A stretch of DNA of 64,000 bases from Azolla caroliniana. Lineage: Eukaryota > Plantae > Polypodiophyta. Both the position numbers and the translations under genes were made by a program. Position 1 is the first letter of the stretch. Every line of letters begins with the position of its first letter. The notes under the pieces are model-generated. The model was not told where the DNA came from. It was given only the letters and a program-made list of their open reading frames with translations, and made no database searches. The stretch lies in assembly GCA_043228905.1 (NCBI GenBank), contig JBHGNT010000012.1, forward strand, positions 19,406,001 through 19,470,000, read 5' to 3'. Below are positions 46,024 to 57,462 of this stretch, piece by piece.

Positions 46024-48066
46024 ATGGCAACAGCTAAGCAGGCAAACCCAAAGATTGCGTCGCTTGATCCTTGTGCTGCTAATCAGGTTGCGTCGCGTAA
46101 TCATCGCAGTGCTGGTGATCCGATTAGCGGAATTAATCAGGGCTACGAGAGGATTAGCAGGGGATCTGATAGCGATTACCCGCCCAATTATGTCATTAAG
46201 GATTGGCTACCCACGGGCTCTGTTCTGGGATCCGGCTCGTTCGGGGAGGTCTCGCTTGCCCTAAATCTGGAGGACGGCCGCCTGTTCGCCGTGAAATCCA
46301 CCGCCGCCTCGGCGCCACGCCGCCATATCCGCTCGCTGCACACAGAGCTCTGCATCCTGCGCCGCCTGGACTCGCCGCGGGTCGTGGCCTGCTTCGGGGC
46401 GAGCTTCGGCTCCGGGAGCCGATGGGGCCCAGAATCGGCTCCCGGCGGCGTGGATTCCGAACCGGATTCATGCGGATGCGAATCGGGGGGCCCTGATTCC
46501 AGGATCTCCGCCGCATCAGGGAGAATCTCCGCCGCCGCCGCCGCCGCCGCCTGTCACATCCGCAGATCCCGCCGGGATTCTGCGGAGTCAGAGCTGCACC
46601 TCTACCTGGAGTATATGGACGGCGGGAGCGTCGCCCAATTGCTGCAGGGCGGGCATAGATTCCAGGAATCTGAGATTCGCCGCCTCGCCAGGGCTGTGGT
46701 GGAGGGCCTGGCCTACATCCATAGCCGCGGGATCGTGCACTGCGACCTCAAAGCCGCCAACATTCTGATCGGCTCCGCTTCCGGCTCCGCCGGCGGCGGA
46801 AGCGGAGGGATCAAGATCAAGATCGCCGATTTCGGCTCCGCGAAGCTCGTCTCTGCGGCGGCGGCGGAGAGGAATGGCGGCGGCGACGGCGGCGGGAGAG
46901 GCTCCGCCCTGTGGATGGCCCCCGAAGCCATGATGATGGGCGAGGCCGCTCAGGGCCCCCCTGCAGATATATGGTCCCTCGGTTGCACCCTCATCGAAAT
47001 CCTGCAGAATGGCCGCCTCCCCTGGACCCAAATCCTGCAGACGAAGAAGAATCATGGTTTTCATGATGACCATTATGATTATGATGGCCATGGCTATGGC
47101 TATGGCTATGGCTATGGCTATAGCTTTCAGAAGCTTCTCTTGAGGATCGCCCACTCCCAGGAAACGCCGCCCATCCCCGCCTGCGCCTCCCCTGACGCCG
47201 CCGATTTCCTCCGCCTCTGCCTCCACAGAGACCCCGCCAAGCGATGGAGCGCACACCACCTCCTCCTGCACCCTTTCCTCAGAGGATCCGGAAAAATCGA
47301 TGGCTTCGATTCTGACAGTAATTGGAGCATAATCCTCCCCAGATCAATCGATCCTTACAATGGCTCACTGATCGCTAATCCCTGTGTTGATCCAGTCGCC
47401 CCCCATACTCCGTCTTGTGGATTAATTGTGGATCATCATTGTGATTCTTTGATTAGACCCAATTGTAGTAACATTAGGGTCAAGTTAGTCGATATCCATC
47501 AATCGCCAATGAATCCTAATTGTACTCCATTAGTCGGAACTGGATTATTGACCGGCAATGGTGAGTCCATTAATAATCCTAATTGTAATCAATTGATGGG
47601 CGATGGATTAATTATCAAATATGACGAATCGATTATGCCTAATTATAATCGATTCGGGGACGGATTTACCACTATTGATTGCGAATGCACCAATCCATGT
47701 GACGGATCTCCAAGAGGAGTGCTAGATTTGAAATTAATCGAATCCGATGAAGAATCAGACGATGAGATCGACGATATAATTACATTAGTGGGTGAATATT
47801 CAATGTCGAATCTCTCTCAATTAGGAGAAAAGCGTTGTGAGGAGGAGGAATTAGTTAATGATGAAGATGGGAGTGATCGACTAGTAAATTATCTAAATAC
47901 GATTGATTGGATTACAGTGAGAAGTTCGATCGGATGGTCGACAGAGGATCGACAGGTTATTAAACCTTTTGTAGCCATGGCCCTCCAACAAGAGAAGAAA
48001 CTATACGCCGAGCGTTCCATAGCTTTTTTATCTTCCTTGAGACAACGAATTAGCACAACTAACTAG
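46024..48066 (+). CDS. Intronless MAP kinase kinase kinase, MEKK family (MAPKKK15-21-like clade), 680 aa
   Basis: GSGSFGEV, FAVK, HCDLKAAN, DFG, GSALWMAPE (variant of the MEKK signature G[TS]PxWMAPE), DIWSLGC; C-terminal SPxxVLD and WITVR motifs typical of this clade; single open frame. Confidence 0.92.
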   Translation: MATAKQANPKIASLDPCAANQVASRNHRSAGDPISGINQGYERISRGSDSDYPPNYVIKDWLPTGSVLGSGSFGEVSLALNLEDGRLFAVKSTAASAPRRHIRSLHTELCILRRLDSPRVVACFGASFGSGSRWGPESAPGGVDSEPDSCGCESGGPDSRISAASGRISAAAAAAACHIRRSRRDSAESELHLYLEYMDGGSVAQLLQGGHRFQESEIRRLARAVVEGLAYIHSRGIVHCDLKAANILIGSASGSAGGGSGGIKIKIADFGSAKLVSAAAAERNGGGDGGGRGSALWMAPEAMMMGEAAQGPPADIWSLGCTLIEILQNGRLPWTQILQTKKNHGFHDDHYDYDGHGYGYGYGYGYSFQKLLLRIAHSQETPPIPACASPDAADFLRLCLHRDPAKRWSAHHLLLHPFLRGSGKIDGFDSDSNWSIILPRSIDPYNGSLIANPCVDPVAPHTPSCGLIVDHHCDSLIRPNCSNIRVKLVDIHQSPMNPNCTPLVGTGLLTGNGESINNPNCNQLMGDGLIIKYDESIMPNYNRFGDGFTTIDCECTNPCDGSPRGVLDLKLIESDEESDDEIDDIITLVGEYSMSNLSQLGEKRCEEEELVNDEDGSDRLVNYLNTIDWITVRSSIGWSTEDRQVIKPFVAMALQQEKKLYAERSIAFLSSLRQRISTTN

Positions 48067-51000
48067 TCTTAATTGTCCCCAAATTTGTCTTAATTACCGT
48101 AAATGATCTCTAATGTGCCTTAATCATGTCCAATTTTGGCTTAACTATGATTAATCATATCTAATCTATCTTAATTATCCCCCATGGTCTCTAATCCAGC
48201 CGCCTTATCACCTCGGTTATCTTCAATTTGGGCGAATGGTCCATATTCATCTCTAACATGGCTGAAGGAGCCTTAATTATCTCTAATTCGAGTAGCCTTA
48301 ATTATCTCTATCTAATTCGACCTGATGACCCTCAACCATCTCCAAACTGGCGTGATTATTAGCCCATATGTGGTGCCAGATGCATCCGATTAGCCTTAAT
48401 TAAGGGTCTTGAAGCACGCCTAATTCCTAATTATCTCTAATCAGGGTGGGTTAACGGCGAGTTAATCCAATTCTCTTGTGTGTACAAAGGAAAAATAATA
48501 ATTCCGGTTTTGGTTCATGTATATTTGTATATGATGATGTATCTTTTTTATTTATATGTATATAAGAAGCTTCTTTTGTGGCTTTCATATCAGAATATGT
48601 AGATTGTGTATGAATTTGTGTTTGGTTTCACACTGACAGACGGATTCATGAGTTTTCTATGCACATGATTCTTGACGCCAGAAACAATTGAAAATGCCAT
48701 CTCGGGATCGGCACGTCATTTATCAGGTCGCAATCGTGCCAGAAACTCGACTCCAATGCATCTCCGGATCGGGAATGGCGCACACACTGGTAATTCTGAT
48801 CCGTGCCAGTAAACCCCTTCAGCTTCTGCCCCTCCCTAGAGCTCACAGTGTAATCATTTTTCTAGGACCTGATTCGATCGCATTACATGTAATTCTCATG
48901 CACCTTTCTAGCTCGGCATGCACCTTGGGCTTGTCAGAAACTCCATCTCCAATGCATCCCTAGATCGACTGCTTCACATATCTAGGTGGTGTGAAAATCC
49001 TGGATCAAGTTGATGCAAATCTCTATGATAGACCTGCAACATCTCGTCATGTTAGGAATTTGATCTCGATCCATCCTCGATAAGTTCTACGAACATGGGA
49101 ACCTTGTGTCATGAGCAAAATCTCAACACATGCATTGATTCGATGAAGCCTCTAAAGATGTATGTATATGAGAACTAGGGGCACAATACCTCATTCTCTA
49201 GATGTACAACCCCAACACTAGAACTCACGAGTTTATGTCTATCTATTTACTGTAGATCAAATTTGGGCTTTGCATTTGCTTAATTTGGTAATGCCCAAGG
49301 TTTCACACTCCAAAGCCCTCTTCTCAATCTAGCAATCGCCTCTTTCCCAGTTCATGTTTGCAAGAAACTTCTATAGATCATCGAACAATAAAATATATCA
49401 CGTGGAAAATCCTTTTGTTACGTGTAAAAACATGAATATTTACAAAGCCAACTTATTGCTTATGTTGTTGATGCCTTTGGTCCATTGAACACTTTTTCAT
49501 GCGTGTTTGTTATAGCCACAACACGAGGATCTCAATTGTAAGCAACCTACATTAAATTTTAATGAATCTTCTTTTGAGTGGTGTGCCAAAATTGATCGTG
49601 TCATAGCTAGATGTCAATGAAGGTAGAAGCGTAATCACATATCATTGACACATTATTGCATATAAGCCACTTCTTGTTCATGGGGGATTTTCAAATTCGT
49701 TTTAATCCTCTTGTTCACAAGTGATCTAGGTCTTGCTTGCATGGTTGATACAACACACTCCGTTCCGTGTAAGAGTGACCATATAATGAGCTAGCATGCT
49801 AGGTAATGTATTCTCCACGTATCTACTTTTCTTTGGGTAGTGTCCTCTATGCAAATTTAAGATTTGGCTCTTCGTCCACACCTTTGAGAAACACTTTCTA
49901 ATCAACAAGTTTTCATACTAGACACTTACTACACATTGGATAAAACCTAATCCGTTGACCCATAAAGAAAAGGATCGTGGGGACGTGGAGGTTATCAAAT
50001 TCAACGTCAATTCAAGTTGCATCAAATTTTGTCTTTGTTCATGCAAGGAAAATGATGTTTTAAACCACACAAAAGTTTCCAAGTAGTCTTTTAAACAAGC
50101 AATCTAAGATCGAGACCAGGAAATGGTTTTGAGGTAAGCATCACGTTCAACGTTTTTGAAATAAAGTGCAAATATTGCCAACGTAGGAGTATTGTCATAA
50201 CTATGCTCCTAATGTATTTTTAATCACATAGAAAATGTGGGATTCGATTCTCTCGTTGCCAATATGCCCATGCTCAAACCTTGTCACTCTCACTCCTCAA
50301 TTACGAGTTTATGATGTCCCCATGCGTGCATATAACGTCTTGCAAACTCCTACCATAAATATGTATATAATCACACATTCTTGGACATTATACAATCACG
50401 CATGCATATGCATGTGTTGTTGAATTGTATATTTTATTGCACTCCTATCATTATTCTAGTCAATCAATTGAATTGATAAATATGTATGTCCCTTTACATA
50501 AATGGTTATGACTCTCCACCAATTATGACCTTTTGTAATTATGTGAACTTTGTTATGACTCTTTCGACGAATAAGCATAAGACAATAAGCATAACCTTTC
50601 CAAATTAGTCATTTATATGCAATTTTCTGTAGTGTCTTTTGTGTCTCTTCATGTAAATGCTTATGACTCTTCTATTAGCAATGACCTTTCGTAATTATAT
50701 GAATTGTGATGTCTCTTTCAGCAAATAATCCCAACGTTTCCTCGTTAGCCATTTATATGTATTACTTGGCACCTCTCCTTCTTTTCAGAAGATCTGGTCA
50801 CCTAGAATATTGTGAACTTGTTTCTAACATTTTCTTTGACTTCTTTATTGTTGTCGCCTTGTGTTTGATGGTTTCATAGATCTTTTGAACACCATAGGGT
50901 TTAAAGCTTGCCCAATTTGGCTACTCTAATTGCAAAACATATTATTTCAAAGGAAAAAAAAAAGAAATGCAAAGACAAGTTATACATAACTGATGGCAAT

Positions 51001-51542
51001 CATCACATATCAAAGAAGACATATTGATGGCTAGCAGAATCCTAATGTTGATGTCAAGGGGAATAAAAGAGAGATTCAATTAGTTCATAAAGTGATAAAC
51101 CATTTTCGGACCATTATAGAGGGGGGACACATTGAGATGGATTGGAAGAAATTAGAGAATCACATTCCTAGGGAATGATGTGTTGGGCAAAGTCCATGGC
51201 ACAATGTAATTGTCGTATGATACCATGTGCGAATATGAGGATATATAAATATACTAGAATAATGTTATAGATGTTAGCTTATATTGATTTGTGTTGTATT
51301 CTATTGGGGTAGACCATTGTGTTTTGTAAGGTGGGTTTGGGACCATTTAAGCAACTGTTTGAATAATTATGACCTTTTCATAGCTATATGGAAAGTTGCA
51401 ACTCTTCAAATAGTGGTGATTTTCACATTCATTAAGTTGGTAGCACATTCCTTTTACATTTCACATACAAAGTCCTTAACAAGTTTTCCTAAATTATTCC
51501 ATTTACATATGTACATACATAGATATATTAGTCAATTGATAC

Positions 51543-52176
51543 GTCTATGGAATATATCATTATCAAACACATCTCAAAGAGCACATGTTATTAATGTAGA
51601 CGGTGACAAGTTTTCCTAGATTATTCCACTTACATACATAGATATATTAGTCGATCGATACATCATACATCTATGGAATATATCAGCACATCTCAAAGAG
51701 CACATGTTATTGATGTAGATGGTGTAAGTTATATAATGCACAAATTTGTTGCTTAATTTTAGCCTTACAAGGCGAAGATGAATTTTTACATGATGCATGA
51801 GTGTAAGGACAAGTATATATCCAACCAGACTTCATTTATGTAATGGGACTTCAAATTGTGTCTATGGAATATATCATTATCAAACACATCTCAAAGAGCA
51901 CATGTTATTAATGTAGACGGTGACAAGTTTTCCTAGATTATTCCACTTACATACATAGATATATTAGTCGATCGATACATCATACATCTATGGAATATAT
52001 TAGCACTTCTCAAAGAGCACATGTTATTGATGTAGATGGTGTAAGTTATATAATGCACAAATTTGCTGCTTAATTTTAACCTTACAAGGCGAAGATGAAT
52101 TTTTACATGATGCATGAGTGTAAGGACAAGTATGTATCCAATTAGACTTCATTTATGTAATGGGACTTCAAATTGT
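51543..52176. repeat. Near-perfect tandem duplication with a 317-bp period
   Basis: 51543-51859 repeated at 51860-52176 with a few substitutions. Confidence 0.95.
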
Positions 52177-52800
52177 GTCATTAGAATATGCGACAATTAT
52201 TTAAAAGGTGTCATTAGCAACATTATAAGTTTTAAGGGGAATCAATTCAGATATCATTGAGATAACAAAATCAACCACAAAACTTGAGTGTGAACACACA
52301 CTCTGTGGGGCATGAGTGTATATTTAAGCCCACCATTGACTTTGAGAATCAGAAATGCCTTTTGAGTTAAATGAAATGGATACCTTATATATCTCACTCG
52401 CTCCCCCATTTATTACTAGATTGTTCCTAACTTCTATGTGTACTTTCGTAGAAGTTCTAGTGCACCCCATGGTGCATAATAATCCACATAAGCCTTAAGG
52501 TCTACATAAAGCCTTAAGGCTTAAACCCTTCATAATTAATATTGTCATTTTACTAGTGCTGAACTGAATCTAAGCCTTAAGGGCTACATAAAGCATCCCT
52601 CTCCCTTTTTTTAATGATTAATTTCATGTTGTTTACTTTGTTTTACTCTAGGTATTTTTGGTAGTTTCATTGCAATCTTTTGCAATATTGTTAATATACA
52701 TATTTGTGATGTTTAAAAATGTAGTTCGTGATGCCATCTTAACTAGTTATAGTTCACTTGGAATTCTCTAGATCACAACCAAGAAGCATGCTCTAAAAGA

Positions 52801-55800
52801 TTTTTTTTTTTTCTTCAAAGATTTTCCTCATTAGTATTAAGAAAAACATGTGAATGCTACAACTTAAGCTTATGTGCCCAAAAGCTTACAATTTTCATGT
52901 ACAATGATATACGATAATCCTAAGACCAAAGCTAGAACATTGTAAAAGGTAATTTTTATTTTTTTATTTTTTTCATTCTGCCATGCTTCACTGTTAATCA
53001 AGAAAGGGTCCAAGGAAGTTGATAGTTCCATTGAGGCCCTTGAGTTGACTCAGAGAATAGGGGTAACTTTTTCCATAAGTGAAGGAACTTCTTCTTTCTC
53101 TTGTTCACAGTCTTTGGTGAACCTTGCATGTTGTCATACTGGCCGCGGACTACTGCCACGAAGTTCTCCCATATCTCACGCAAGACATCTGAGAGACACT
53201 AATATGTCACATCATAACGTCGGTTGCATCAACATTTCCATAATGCCCATACCGTTATTGTAGTCATTGTTTTCCATATCTAGGCAGATCACACATGCTT
53301 TCGAGATTGTTGAAAGGGGCTGACCAATATCAATCTTCTATTATGTACCATCATTGCCTCTTGAACATCGCTTGCCTCATACAACATCAAACTGGAATGT
53401 AACACTCCCCACATTGCTGATCCCCATGAAAATAAGCAACCAACATTGATTGTTAAAAACAACGAAAGAACTTTATTCCATACTTGTTGAGCCAAGGAAC
53501 ATGACCAAAGGGCATGCTTGGTAGTCTCTTGCAACCGGGTCTTTTGCATATAACCACAACATATCACACGTATGAGCAATTGAAGGATAAGGATTGAGCA
53601 TCCATTTCTTTCCAAATTTAGCAACGACTCTAACTGGTCCACTTCGCAAGTGTTGTAGATAACTGCACTCTAAGGTGTAAGGTTGTAATGTATGATTTTC
53701 TAGGACCTTAAAGTAAGAAGCACACCCGTTAGGTGAAACTGCCTTGACAGCCACCAATGTGTCATTTATGAAGCATCCAAATGAAGAATATGTTGCTGAT
53801 ATACTAGCTGTCATTATCTTGGCACCATGAATTGATTGTAATTGTGCAAGACAATCTTCTTGTGACATTTGCTGAAAATGATTCCAGGTTCTTACAGATG
53901 TAGCAGGCCCATTATCTAATTTTCCCCAGGCAAGGTGAGTTCTCAGGTCCAACACTTTTCCTACATTATCCCGAAATAAAGAATTGGCAAGAAGAGGTTG
54001 ATCAAGTAGCACAACCCACATAGAAGGCTTGTCCTTAAGCAAGAATGGCTTAATCACATCCCATGCCCTTATGATTCCTAGTAAAAATCTATTGGATGCA
54101 AGATCCCGCCTTGGTGTTTGTACATCATTTAGGAATAACCATTTTAAAGAGGGTGACCAAACATCGCTCGTCTTAGGACTTAACTGCATCAACTGACTTA
54201 GAAATACCTCTTTCCAAGATTCTGATCTTGGCAACAATCCTCTAATCACAAACTTAGTGAAAAGGGCTCTTGACTGCATTAAAGGGTCTATCAAACCCAA
54301 ACCTCCATTGCTTTTAGGTTGTATTAACACATTCCAAGCAACTTTGGCTACTGTTGGAGATCCTTGTTTTCCCCCCCAAAGGAAATTCCGGATCAAACTT
54401 TGCACTTTCGTTATTGCAGATCAAGAAAATAGCCAAACGGATGCTATAAACCACATTGAAGCCAACAATACAGAGTTGGCTACAACAACTTGACCTACAA
54501 AGGACAATTGTTGGGCATCCCAATGTATTAGTTTACGTTTTATTGATAATAGTAGTGGCGATAACATTACTTTTGGCCGCAAATCTATGCCAACCATACA
54601 TCCCAGATAACGAACTGGTTCACCATGATGAAGCCATCGGAAAGAAGGACATGGATACCATGCAAGGTGAGTTTCTTCACCTACCCAAATTCCAACTGAC
54701 TTGTTCCAATTAAGTGATGCACCTGTAGCATCTGAAAAAACTTGCAAAGCATCTTGTACTCGACCAAGATTTCCAATCTCCCCATCAACATAAAGGGCCG
54801 TGTCATCTGCAAATTCAACATCCAATACACTAGATTGTGTAAAAGGTAATGCTATGCCTCTTATACCTGCCGAAGATGATCTTAGGTAGGAGGACAGGGC
54901 TTCCCCAAACAAGATGAAAAGAAACGGGGCGAGATGGCATCCTTGCTGATTTGACCTGGAGATAGGAAATAATGGCCCATATCCACTAGCAAACAAGACG
55001 GAACTAGAAGCATGCTTATATAGGGCAGAGACACCTTTTATCCATGCAGCAGGAAAGCCTAATCTTGACAGCACTGCTTCAAGAAAGTCCCAATCCACTT
55101 TATCATAAGCCTTCTCAAAGTCAAGCAAAAATACTGCAAGCTGTTGTTTATTTTGTTGAGCTAAAGCCACCATTTCCCAAAACAAAAAGATGTTATAAAA
55201 AATGATTCTATCTTGCAAAAAGCCAGATTGACTGTCATGAATAATAGACGACAACATTAATCTTAGTCTGAGAGCAATGGTTTTTGCCACAATCTTGTAC
55301 ACATCATTAAGCAGTACTTAGGGATCATATATATGATTCCTTTCGTCCATTTTGCAGTACACATCATTAAGCAATGTTATTGGCCTCCACTTGGCGACTT
55401 CATCACCTGGGGCATCCGACTTAGGGATCATATATATGATTCCTTCCGTCCATTTTGTAGGCATACTACCGCCTGAAAATATTAAATTAACCACTCTAGT
55501 AAGTAGGGAACCCAGAAAATCCCAATAATGCAAATAGAAACCAACTCCTATTCCATCTTTTCCCGGACAAACATCCTTTCCTAAGGATTTAGCTGCAGAA
55601 GAGAACTCCTGCGGTGTGAATGGTTACAATAAATGAGATGCCATTACATTTGTAACCTTTTGTTGAATAGTTGCAAGAACAACTTGTCTCTTGTAAAGAC
55701 TATCTGCTGAAAAAGATTCCACAAACAACAATTGATGGTAGTAATCTGAGACTATATCTCGCATCTCAGATTCATCTGATGTGTAGGATCCATCAAGATG

Positions 55801-57462
55801 CTTCAAAGAGGTAATAGAAAGAGGTTTATTTTTCTGTTTAAATTGATTAAAAAATTCTTTGTTGACCCGATCCTGCCTTTGTGACCAACGAGCAACATTA
55901 CGGTAGTAGAAGAACATTGAGCATTCCTCCATTTTATCTTTTAAAACGCTTTTCACTTGTTGCAAGTCACAACGTAACATAGATGAAGTTGGATACCTTT
56001 CCAATAGTTGTTGTATTGCTAGAAGAGCACGACGTAGGTTGGCAATCTCTGAGTTACAACGATTAACTGATGTTGCAATTATTTTCGTGAATAGAGTCTT
56101 TGTATCGAGTATGGCATGAACCATATTGTTAAGCAAACAATCGTTTGAAAAGTTGTAACTGAACCATATCTGAGTTATTGACATCCTGTGATTATCATTA
56201 GATTGCAATGAAGGAGGGATACACAATTGCTTGGAGTATCACCTCTTGGTAAATGTAACATGTAGCTTCAGAGGATCATGGTCAGAGATAACTGAGCCCA
56301 GAATAATTCCTAGGGAACCACCAACCTCCCAAAATACACTACTAGCATAAAATCTATTTAGTCGAGACAAATTTGTAACAGCCACACTCCCATCTGATCG
56401 AGAGAACTAAAGGGATCCTTGTATGAGTGAAAACGAGTGCACCTTCCATAAATCAAGCAACCCAAAGGCAAAACAAAAATAATCCCAACATTTAGCCTCC
56501 CATCCCGAAATAGTAGTACCTACACCTCCCAATCTATCAGTGGCATCCTCAGTCATATTGAAGTCCCCTCCCACTAACCAACAATCCGCTAAATCCACAT
56601 AATCAGAAAGAGATAACCATAAATCTGCTCTTTCTGACGTAGAATTAGAGGCATAAAGATTCATAAGGCCAACCTTTTGGGATCCTCTTTTTAAAATAAG
56701 GAATTGTGCCCCTTTATTCATAGTAGTAGCTGCTGACACAATGTTAGACTCCAATTGTTGTCTAATAGCAATGCATAATCCAACTTGATGGCCATTAGGG
56801 CCAAATGCAGGAACCCAGAAATGAGTCCACCGTCCTGGTAAAATGAACCATATTTCCGAATCCTATCCATGCACAGGTGGTGCTCTTGTAGAAACAAAAT
56901 ATCAATAATACCAATAGTAGAATTGCCTAAATCTGATCGTAAGAGTCCTTTAACTCTACGAAAGGCCTATCCACCTAGGCCTTGTACATTCCAGGAAAGA
57001 AAATGGAGGGTGTCCATATTACTTAGGTTTTGGTGTTGTCTTTTTCTCAAGCAAAGCCTCTTGACGGTCTTTCTAAGCACCCTCACGAGCTCTTGCTTGT
57101 CTTTTTAAAATCAAGTAATTCCCTGCATACTTATGCACCCTATGTTCCTTAACCTGCTTTTGAGTGGTTTGAGTTGTTAAAGAATCTTGTGAAACTGTAA
57201 ATTGAAATCCAGCACAAGGTAATTTGTCTACACCCTTAGCCTTTTCAAGACCCATACTGTTTGGTTGACCAAAAACAAGTTGTCTTGAGAGATTATCGAC
57301 AATATTCGAATTACCAGAGACTTGGAGCTGTTGGTTCACTCCACTTCTCGTGACACTTTGAGGCATTTCCACACCCAACATATGTTGAGTGTAAACAACC
57401 TTTTACTTTGATTTTTCAAAAGAAACCAACTTAATAGATGTAGGCAACGACAACTGTTGATT
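52801..57462 (-). mobile_element. Degenerate L1-type LINE (ORF1 end, ORF2 endonuclease-RT, poly(A) tail), interrupted by C2
   Basis: ORF2 from 57017: SWNVQGL, LQEHH, GGDFN, SDH; RT WRPITLLN, LDFEKAYD, QGCHLAP, FADD; ETTKHALWSC; T12 tract at 52801-52812. Confidence 0.93.

Noticed and set aside
46588-47271. 227-aa antisense ORF over the kinase
   Set aside because: Expected from the high GC content and codon bias of the sense CDS.
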